64,000 bases of DNA from Antedon mediterranea (lineage: Eukaryota > Animalia > Echinodermata), in contig NC_092679.1 of assembly GCF_964355755.1 (NCBI RefSeq), forward strand, positions 18,211,432 to 18,275,431. Reading direction: 5' to 3'. Under the pieces are notes generated by a model. It had not been told where the DNA came from, did no database searches, and saw nothing but the letters and a program-made list of their open reading frames with translations. The translations under genes were made by a program, and so were the position numbers. Below are positions 10,056-19,473 of the stretch, in pieces. Each line of letters opens with the position of its first letter. The first letter of the stretch is position 1.

Positions 10056-13000
10056 ATGAATAAGTTTGACAAACAAAAAGCAAGCGATCGCTGGGAAATT
10101 TTACGTCAAGTTAGTTAAAGGAGTTATTTATAATATAGAAGTAATTGAGTATATTTTAATGTGGTTGATTTTTAGGAAACTTGAAAAATAGTCTAGGCCT
10201 AGGCCTAGTTAGGCTACCTAGTAGGTAGGGCCTAACTAGGCCTAGATAGTAGTAGGCCTGGCCCTAGCTACTAGGTAGGTTTACTCACAGATAGATAGAG
10301 CCAGCCTCTCAGACTCTACTACTAGTACTACAAAAAGTAAAATTAGTATTCTAGGCCTTATTTAATTGATTTTGTGCTATAGTTTTAGGCCTGTCTGCAC
10401 TAGGCCTACTCTTTTTTATTTATATAAATAAAGCAAACAGCTTTGCTTGGGTAGTGATTGTGATGGATAAAAAACTTCAGTTCTTCTAATTAAGAGGGAG
10501 AAATAAACAATTTCTGAACTACTATTCTTGTTGTTGTATTTTTTTAAAGTTTTACTTGTTTGATTTCATTTGTTCACATCATATGTTATTATGAAAACAA
10601 TATATTAGATAATCCAAATTTTATTTTCTCCAGGCAATTCTGAAGAAAACCAAAGATGGAGAAAAACACAAAAAGACGTCGATGATAGAATTTGTTTCAT
10701 TCAATTTACTTACAACAGATCAAGTACTTGATAACAATGGTGATGTCTGGCATCAATATCAGTATTCTTCTATTCCATCTTTCAGAGCACGAATCAAGTA
10801 AGCCGAAGTCAATTTTATAAAATAACAAAATAATTTTACCTTTGTTTTTAAGTCTAAATATTTTTACCTATTTTGTTTTCATAATTCTTTATGATAATGA
10901 TGTCCATACCATAAGATAAAGAGAACTGGTTTGATAAAAAGCCAATGAGCTTATATAGATTGGCTGGAGGGCGGTCTCCTCACAGGAAAGTACAGGTCGT
11001 GATAACATTTTGAGTACGCCCTCTAGCCAATCTATATGAGCTCATTGTAAACCCTAATTTGTTCTAACCCTAAGCACTTCCTAACCATTTGGATACAAAG
11101 ATTGATAGATGCCAACTCAGTTCCATACTGATTCATTTATAAGCCCACACAATATATATACATACAGAAATACCATGATTAATCCATGGAGAAAATGATG
11201 AGTTAACCTTAGTACTAAATCAATGTATCTATTCTTGTAAATGTTATCTTTTCCTTTCTTTTAAGGCATATCAGCAAATCTTTTAACCCAGAAGAACTCA
11301 TTGGATTTAATAATACTGGTAATGTATGTAAGTTACAGTATACAACTTTATGTTATTTAATCGGACTATTAATTATAGCATTGGTTGTTTGATTATTGGT
11401 ATAAACAAGATAATACATTTTACTCATTCCTGAATAGACTTTTGAATAGACTACTATCTTCAAATCTTTTTATGATTATAATCGACAATCCGTAATTCTA
11501 TGACTTCTACACATTTTAGTATTGTAGTTTTCATCTCAGTTTTCACAACACTGAGTTTGTCAGAAGATCACAAGCACGTACATCATTAAGTTTCATTAAA
11601 ATTGTCCCAATGTTCTAACTTCATGTTTGCTATAATAATGTGGTTATTATTCAATATGTATTTTTAGGTGTATGGCCAGCAGAAGAGGTTTTAACATATT
11701 GGTGTTTGGAGAACAGAGAGTTATTCAGGTGAGAATTTACAGAATATTTTGTTTTGGGACTGTACTGTAAGACAAAGGACAAACATTAAATCACCCAAAT
11801 AGTCCTGATAAAGAACCGAACAGAACGGTATATACTGCGGTATATACTGGGCTTATATAAATGTGTAGATTAATCTGAATGACTCCTCCCATCAACCTTC
11901 CTGAATCAAAGCTCAATAAAAACACCAAACTTCAGGACTTGTTTGTGTTGGAAAAGAATTTTATTTTGTAATAAATATTTCAAGTAATAGACTGAAATTG
12001 AAATTTGATTATGATATGATACAATAGTATTTATTGTCATTTTTACAACTAGGTATAAATAAAATTTGATTAGGTTTATGTTTCCAATTTGTTTTCCTTT
12101 TTTGCAACCTGCAGAGAGAAGAAAATATGTGAACTTGGAGGAGGAATGACATGTCTTGCAGGGTTAACAGTGAGTATTTACATGATGTCATAAACTAATT
12201 TGCATAATTGGGAAACTCACTTGAACAGAACATGTGATTAGATATTCATATCAACTTTGGTTTAATGATTTTTTAAAAAATCACCCTAGAATTTTGTTAA
12301 AGTAGAGGATTGACTGAGAATGCCCACACATGTGATCATCGCATTCGGTTGAAAAACATTTACCTTGTATAACATCTTGTGTATGTTTTTTTCTTCTATC
12401 CACAGATAGGTACTAGTTGTGAAGCAGAGGTGGTTACGCTAACTGATGGCAATGAGGACTCTGTCCAAAGTATCCTTTAAAACATATTTCATAGCTAGTT
12501 TTACTGTCCTAATGAAATGGTACAGTACAACAAATGTAACCTGACCTAAACTTTTTACTTACATTAGTAAGTTATTAAGTCTATGAAGGTATACAATATT
12601 TTATACCTCTATAGTTTATGATGATAAGGTCAATAACCCATGGTTTGACTCTATCTGGGCCAAAGGCCAAATTGGTTGTAACTTTAGGAAAGATTGTTTA
12701 CTCTTGTTGTGTCGTCCTTCCGATGAGACGTTGATCTGGCTGGCATGAAGAACTTTGTACACATATTTAACAAGAGTAGGAGTTGGCTTCCGGCGTGTGC
12801 TTATCTGGTTAGGCTCTGTACTGCTGAAGTTTTTTTATTAGTGTAAAAGTATTTAAGAATATTATATTAATATATAAATTAAATTATAATCCAATTTTTG
12901 TACCAGATGTAAAGGAGATTTTAAAAGAAAATGATAAACATTTAAAAGCAAGTCAAGTTGATGCAAGGTAATAGAATATTTATTATGTATTTGTATTCCT

Positions 13001-13793
13001 TTTCTCATCTTTTTTTGAAGGTAAAATGTATTTACCAGTATTATTTTGTCCTTCATTGTAGTGTTTTACGCTGGGATAAACCAGAGGAATATAATAATTT
13101 TATGGAAATGTTTGATTTCGTCATCTCTGCAGATTGGTAAGTACATTACAAAGTGAAAAGTTCAGTACAATCTTTATTGCGAACATTGTTATCCACATAT
13201 TATATCTACTATATGATAATTTGTTATTCTTTTTAGTTTGTTCTTTGACCAGTACAGAGAAGATTTGGTTAAAACTATCAACACAATTCTAAAACCAAAA
13301 GTTAGTGAAATTTCATCTTTGCAGTTTGACTAAATTGGAATGTCCATGAGAAGCTTATGTACTTTTTTATATTTAAAACCCTTACTTTTTTTGTAATTCT
13401 TTTAGGGTATATGTATCATATTTGCTCCAAAAAGACACAATACGTGTGAAGAATTCTGTGCAATTGCGAAAAGGAAATTTGAAGTTACAATAGATGAGAG
13501 ATATGATGCTGTAGTATGGGATAAACATATAAAGGTACAGTTTAAATAGATTACCGACTGGACAAACTATCTAATAAACTCACTAATTTAGTAAAATAAA
13601 TCAAGTTCAACATGCGTACTTAGAATTGTTCTAATCTATGGTAAAGAAAATAAGGTAGCCCTAGTGTACAACATTTTTATCATGTATACTTTAGACTTGT
13701 TTAATTTTTTTTCCTTAGGCCTTGGAAAATTCTAGTGAAATCTATGATGAAAATAGACATTATCCACTGAAAATTACTCTGACAAAAACATGA
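10056..13793 (+). CDS. CAMKMT: Calmodulin-lysine N-methyltransferase, 11 exons, about 287 aa
   Basis: Exons 10056-10109, 10634-10797, 11266-11327, 11668-11728, 12115-12169, 12406-12469, 12907-12967, 13062-13136, 13237-13300, 13406-13534, 13719-13793 splice in frame (864 nt). Family motifs: RWEILRQ, GFNNTGNVCVWPAEEVL, CELGGGMTCLAGL, LTDGNE, LRWD, ADCLFFDQYR, FAPKR, YDENRHYP. Confidence 0.95.
10943..11047. mobile_element. Short palindromic MITE
   Basis: caatgagcttatatagattggctggagggcg ... cgccctctagccaatctatatgagctcattg is a 31-bp inverted repeat with 2 mismatches. Confidence 0.75.
12470..12906 (+). other. Probable U12-type intron in CAMKMT
   Basis: Donor GTATCCTTT at 12470-12478; branch site not obvious. 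Confidence 0.7.
12612..12805 (+). mobile_element. Degenerate Deu-domain-like SINE relic
   Basis: gtccttccgatgagacgtt ... aagagtaggagtt resembles the DeuSINE core as I recall it (TCGGATGAGACGTTAAA ... AAGAGTAGGGGT), preceded by a decayed B box. Confidence 0.55.
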
Positions 13794-13889
13794 AGCTGTA
13801 GGGTCAAAGGTGAAGTTGATGAATCAGGTGATATTTATTAATGAAATTTTCAGGAAAAAAAATGTCAATGAAAATGTTTTGAAGTATAT

Positions 13890-14002
13890 ATTAACAGCCT
13901 TACCATGTTGAATCATCGGTTCTTGTCAGATCAAAGAAGTTAATGAATGATGGACTGGTAATGCTTGGATGGGCTTCTCTGTTGGGATATGAGGTGACGT
14001 TT
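13890..14002 (+). pseudogene. Degenerate 5S rRNA-derived sequence (SINE head) just 3' of the CAMKMT stop codon
   Basis: acagccttaccatgttgaatcatcggttcttgtcagatcaaagaagttaa...gtaatgcttggatggg...tgggatat is collinear with metazoan 5S rRNA, with many substitutions. Confidence 0.7.
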
Positions 14003-14014
14003 CAGAGAGAAATA

Positions 14015-14270
14015 TGATGTAATGGTAAAGATATCGGACTTGTATGTGAGAGGTATGGGTTCGTTTCCTGTCTGTTCTACATTACCTGTCTGCTGCAAGA
14101 TACTTTACTTTCGTTTCATTGCTAAATACTTTGGATAGCTGTTGGTCCAAGATATGCGCACTGCTCATCTGTATGATAAACTACATTATTTGAAAACAGT
14201 ATGGGGTCGTCTACCGGATCTGATTGTCCTGTATACTCTAGGAGAACAGGCCTGTGCCAAGGCAATCAAT
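14015..14270 (+). mobile_element. tRNA-like segment plus SINE body following the 5S head
   Basis: gatgtaatggtaaag (A-box-like) ... gggttcgtttcc (B box); downstream gaaaacagtatggggtcg tail motif. Confidence 0.55.
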
Positions 14271-15159
14271 TACCGAGATAGAAACTCGTAATAGTACTTT
14301 GATCTTATGTGTGGCTGCGACAAATACCAACAGTACTGTACTATGGACAGTAGCTGTAAAGGGGTGTTGAACTGATCATGTCGCAGCCACAGATAAATTC
14401 TTTGATCTCCAAACCTCAGCATTCTCTTGTTATTTGCCTTGCTTGTACTGAACAATTCGCCCAGGATAAAGAAAAAATAACCAAGTAGCAAAGATTCAAG
14501 AAACAGGCCATAAATAGCATTGTCGTTTTCAGCATTGACGTAAGATCAATACCTGCATTGATTTACCCACTTCAAGATGACTGTAATGTTTAATCTTTAA
14601 TAATTAATGTAGTTGTTTTTGTTTATTGTGTCTCTTGGCTTGATCTCTAAAACGCTCAATAAGTTAAATTAAACCTTGACGGCACAAAGGTCTATTGTCA
14701 CACACGAGCAACATAATGATTCACACTAACTATTACAATTAAAAATTTGTTAGCTCTAGCCTGATGACGTGTGATGTATTAAAATAAATGTTTACTGTGA
14801 GAAAATGAAAGGTGTGCTTTAGAAAAAGCAGTACAGTAAAAGTTAGTACTATGATACACATTTATTGGTATATACACGACAACTTAATCAACAATTTATC
14901 TGAATTAAATTTGTACTTATCTTGATGTGACGAAGAAGATTTAACCATGGACCTATAAATTAAATCTAATTTATACGTCCATGATTTAACACAGATGCTA
15001 CTTTAAAAAATGATTTTTCCTCATGTTTTTATCACGGGAAAGTATCCCCTAAATAGAGGTATCTCAAAGGAATGATTCTACGTGTGTTACATATTATTAA
15101 TTTAATAATTATATTTTTACAATCTTTTCATTCAAATAAATGTTGTGATACACCATTTC

Positions 15160-16677
15160 TTAATTCATTTGAAATTGTCTAACTATAAGAACTGCTCTGG
15201 CTGCTGCCGCAAATTTCTTCAAAGGCTTCCGTTGATGAGTTGCTACTAATTCTGGGATGAATACAGCCATCGGTGTTCCCAATTTAAGAGTTTCACGACC
15301 CAGTTTAGAGTCCGTCTTTTTAAACGATGGTCTTTGTGTGTGAACAACATTCTTCATCGGAATGTCTTTAGTTATGTCTTCTTTGTGTGTTAGGCCTACT
15401 TGTGGATTATCATCTGATTCTGTCATGTTTTTGTCATCTTCCACCATTTCATTATCATCTATTTTACTTTCATTCTTAACTATGTCACAATCTTGGTCAC
15501 GGGTCTCGGGTTTCTCTGTCATTTCTTCTTCACCGTCTTTGACACTATCATTTCTACTTTTGTCTGTTTCTTTTTCGTCAGGTTCTATACTAACTAACGA
15601 TTCTTTACTTTCTTTTGGTTTTTCATTATTTTCTTTAACATTTACGTTGCCAACAATTTCAGTTTTATCACCTACAGCGTCAACTTTATCACTTACAACG
15701 TCAACTTTATCGCTAACAACGTCAATTTCAATCAGTGCAGGCATTCTTTCTTCCAATATCCGTTTGTTAGAAAAAACCTTATTTTCGTGTGGATCTTCGA
15801 ACTTTTTTTTCTCGAACTGGTCAACAGAACCAAACCCAAGCCATGCGTACATTTCATCAGACTTCTTCGAATCCAATAATGCTCTCGATCTCGAAACTTT
15901 TGGCGCAAAATCACTCGTTATAAACGGATTGTGTTTGAGAAATTCTTTTTGATATTTTGTTGGAACTACATTTGGCGGGAGCTTAATAGAGCTGCGACCC
16001 CTTCGTCCCTGTGTGATTTTTCCAAGCTGACCCGTCTCTTTTGAACTCAGTGGAAACGTTTGTGACAGGCTTTCGTTCTTAAATCCTTGCAAAGTTTTTA
16101 TTTCGCCACTCGCTATCAAGTTACTCAGAGATATTCTTCTTTTCAGCTGAAATTCGTTTTTATTTCTAATACCTGTTGGTTGTATCTCAGGAAGAGTGAT
16201 AACTTGTGTTTTTAGGCTTGATTCTTGGTAAAATCCACTATGTGGGGTATTCCCTCTGCTTTGCTCGTGTAACATCTTTAATAATTTGTTCTTCTCGGCC
16301 AATTTACGTTTGATATGCGTTTCTTCTAACTCCCCAAACGATTTGTTAAATAGAACACTGGCCATTTTCCCCTTAGGAAACTTTCTATGATCTTGACGAA
16401 GACCATCTCGTCTAAAACTGTTTAATTTATCAGCTTTTTCTTCAGTAACTTGTAAGCTTCCCTTTTGAGCTTTATTCGTTTCCATCAGATGTTTAAGATG
16501 TTCCATCTTACTTCGCATTTCCTTCTCTTCTCTGCTAATGCTTGCTTCAGTTATCTGCCTAGCATAGTCGAGATGCCTAGCCTCTCGTTCGGCTTCTAAT
16601 TTCACAATCACGAATTTGCCTCCTCGATTTGAAAGCGTATTACGACGGTTGATCATAGCCCTGTAATCCCCCTTCAT
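15160..16677 (-). CDS. Uncharacterised 505-aa protein: N-terminal coiled coil, long disordered/acidic region, basic amphipathic C-terminal helix
   Basis: Uninterrupted 1518-nt ORF in AT-rich DNA; ATG preceded by AAA. Internal 7-aa repeat DVVSDKV x2-3. C-terminus KPLKKFAAAARAVLIVRQF. Confidence 0.8.
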   Translation of the reverse strand: MKGDYRAMINRRNTLSNRGGKFVIVKLEAEREARHLDYARQITEASISREEKEMRSKMEHLKHLMETNKAQKGSLQVTEEKADKLNSFRRDGLRQDHRKFPKGKMASVLFNKSFGELEETHIKRKLAEKNKLLKMLHEQSRGNTPHSGFYQESSLKTQVITLPEIQPTGIRNKNEFQLKRRISLSNLIASGEIKTLQGFKNESLSQTFPLSSKETGQLGKITQGRRGRSSIKLPPNVVPTKYQKEFLKHNPFITSDFAPKVSRSRALLDSKKSDEMYAWLGFGSVDQFEKKKFEDPHENKVFSNKRILEERMPALIEIDVVSDKVDVVSDKVDAVGDKTEIVGNVNVKENNEKPKESKESLVSIEPDEKETDKSRNDSVKDGEEEMTEKPETRDQDCDIVKNESKIDDNEMVEDDKNMTESDDNPQVGLTHKEDITKDIPMKNVVHTQRPSFKKTDSKLGRETLKLGTPMAVFIPELVATHQRKPLKKFAAAARAVLIVRQFQMN

Positions 16678-18095
16678 TTTCTGGTTTTGTATTTTTTTAA
16701 CTATTTCAGAATATCAGAATAGTTGTATGTTGTCTGTCATTCTTCTGAGACACGCAGTAATCTAAAGTTGACAACAAATAATAAAACAATTTAGTATCAA
16801 GTGTTTCTATGGCCTTAATCAGGTCAAGAAACAGTTGAGATCTCGCGTATTATTAAGAATTGATTATAGAGAATGTCTAATTATTAAATTTCTATTAGAA
16901 CATCATACACTAATTGTAATAATCGATGTTTGGAATTAGTCATAGTAAACTAAAATGAAAGATTGTTACTAATAAGTTATTCATTAATGTGATACAACCA
17001 CATGAATGACGTCAGCAAATATTTTACAGCACAGGTACGCGAAGTGATTAAATATTATTCGGCATATGCGAGTTTGTTTTAATTATTGGAATCGAGCTCA
17101 CCATACGCATTCAGACATCGATAATGATAAAAATGTTCTATATGGTTTTTTTTTATAAACATAATACATTATGTAAAATATATTATTAAACTGTGAATAT
17201 GAGGATATGGAGATGCGTACGTAGGCCGACTATCCATGTACGTTGTACGTTTCATCTGCTATATTGAAGTAATTGGGCCGAAAAGAGGTACACAAATTAT
17301 ATTGTACTTCTAGTTATGTTGTAGTAACTCATGAAGATTGTCTAAACAGAATAAAATTGTAAAAAAGGTTTTAATAAGAAGTTAACAATGCGTGTATACA
17401 GTAGGTCATAGTATTTTTAAACGTCTAAAACATATTGTAAAAGTTTATGGTAGGCCTGCGTTTAGCCTACTTCTTTTAATTAAAAAAAATCTTTTCACAA
17501 AATATGTTATGTAGCACACTTACCTGAACAGGTACATATTGAATATTGGTAATAATATAACGCATCAAATGATTTATGATTACAGAATCATCTCCAAACT
17601 ATGTGAACAGGACGGAGAACGCGGCCCGATATGGTACTGCTGTTTGTATTGATTTGGGTTGCCGTGTGATACGGTACGGTACTAACAAAAAGAACCACGT
17701 AAAAAAAGAGATAATCCTAATCCTTACATTGAGTTGTTTTAATCTTCTAGCAGTACGGTACTGGCTAACACATCTACAATTAAACATATGTGTAACAAAG
17801 ACGTATGTTTTGTTAGTTCTAAATTGGACGCGATAAAGTCATTCTTTCATGTAATAATGTATTTGAATGGTGTTATGCTTAAAAAACAATGTGTCGGCAA
17901 TTTCATATCGTTAGGCTCTATGTCATTTTATTTCGTTGCTAAAATAGTTAATTTACTTTTTGATATTGCGTTATCGTATCGTATCATCGTATGTAGTGCG
18001 TTTTAGAGATAAAAGATATTTAAAAACATTTTTTATCTTTTCTGTATTTAGATTTATTTAGACCTCCATCACAAATGGAAACGAATTGAAGTTTT

Positions 18096-19028
18096 TTAAC
18101 GTCGAATATGAAAAAGTTTTCCAATAGCGTGCCGGAATTTTTTATCTGCTCGAGCGTAGATCAACGGGTTTGCTAACGCGTTTATCATTCCAGTTTGGAT
18201 GAAAACGAGTGCATACACGTTTACAAAGTCATAAACTACAGGAATCGGGAAAACAAGCGTAATGCTAATTACTATAGCTGGTGTTATGCAAAGCAAATAC
18301 ACCCTTAAAATACGACTAGTTGTTTTTGCCGCTCGAAAGTCGATTCGACCCACGTTGACACCTGCTGAAGAAGATGTTGTTGCGGCTATTTGTCGAGAGT
18401 GTCTCTTTGCTTCTCGGTAAACGCGAAAGTGGAGAGCAAGGGTGACGGTGATGGCCAAACCAAACATCACCAAACGAAGAATGATGTACACGGAGTAAGA
18501 AAAGATCAAATTTGTCGGAGTTCCATTTGCAAACACCATTTGCTTTGTAACGTAAAACAAACCACCAATAGAAATCCCCATCACCCAAACTCCTACACAA
18601 AGAATCAGAGCTCTCCTTTTGGTGACTTGTAAATATTTAAACGGTTGCATAATACACCAATATCTGATCAACGCTAATGCTACGATGTGTAGTTGAGATG
18701 TACACCACTGAAAAACAAGAACGTTCCCGATCGGTAATACCAACATAAGGTTCACCGCTGAGGTGGTATCAGAAACTAAAACAATAATCATACACCAACT
18801 GTAAAGTATCCCAGAGATGAAATCCGAAATCGCTAGGCTGGCTAGAAGCATGTAAGAAGGCTCTTGTAATGACTGGAACTTACAGACAACCGCTACAATC
18901 AAGCCGTTACCAATAAGAACGATCGGCAACAGTGTAAAGACAATAACGGAGAATACAATATAGTGGATATGGTAGTCGTGCACCTCTACCGAGTTATTAA
19001 ACAACAGCCTTTCGTTAATATTATCCAT
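18096..19028 (-). CDS. Single-exon rhodopsin-family (class A) GPCR, about 310 aa
   Basis: Seven hydrophobic segments. TM1 GN, TM2 SLAISD, TM3 IRY in place of DRY, ICL2 PFKY, TM4 W, TM6 CITP, TM7 NPLIY, helix 8 DKKFR. First ATG is at 19028; the ORF-track start at 19058 is a GTG. Confidence 0.92.
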   Translation of the reverse strand: MDNINERLLFNNSVEVHDYHIHYIVFSVIVFTLLPIVLIGNGLIVAVVCKFQSLQEPSYMLLASLAISDFISGILYSWCMIIVLVSDTTSAVNLMLVLPIGNVLVFQWCTSQLHIVALALIRYWCIMQPFKYLQVTKRRALILCVGVWVMGISIGGLFYVTKQMVFANGTPTNLIFSYSVYIILRLVMFGLAITVTLALHFRVYREAKRHSRQIAATTSSSAGVNVGRIDFRAAKTTSRILRVYLLCITPAIVISITLVFPIPVVYDFVNVYALVFIQTGMINALANPLIYARADKKFRHAIGKLFHIRR

Positions 19029-19473
19029 TTCTATGTTTCGTAACGTTTTTAATATCACAGCTTATCGCTGGATATCAGTTTAATCAAATGATGCCAGAAG
19101 TTAATTAATTTTCTGCAGGAGTAAACAAAATGAACGACGAAGCTGTCAATAAAATGTCAAAATCTAAGACGGATTAAAATAATAAACACGTATGAATGAT
19201 AGTGTAGAGAGCAGTGACTAACTTGTAATGGATGGTGATAATATCCTGTGTTTTAAATGTTACCGTAAAGTATTACGTAAGTATTGAGTCTAGAGATTAG
19301 AACATGGTATTCGTATAACTAATTAAGAACGCTAAACTGTCACTAATCTCCAGACATTTTATTTTAATTGTTAAAAAACTTAAACTGTTATAAAAAAAAA
19401 ACGATATACAATTTATGGCTCTACGAAATCTATTTTGGTTGACACTATTTGCATTATATTTCAGTACTGGATC

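Noticed and set aside
13890-14002. Functional 5S rRNA gene
   Set aside because: Too diverged, solitary and fused to a SINE-like body.
15362-15952. 196-aa Ser/Leu-rich plus-strand ORF
   Set aside because: Antisense shadow of the Glu/Asp/Lys-rich part of the 505-aa gene.
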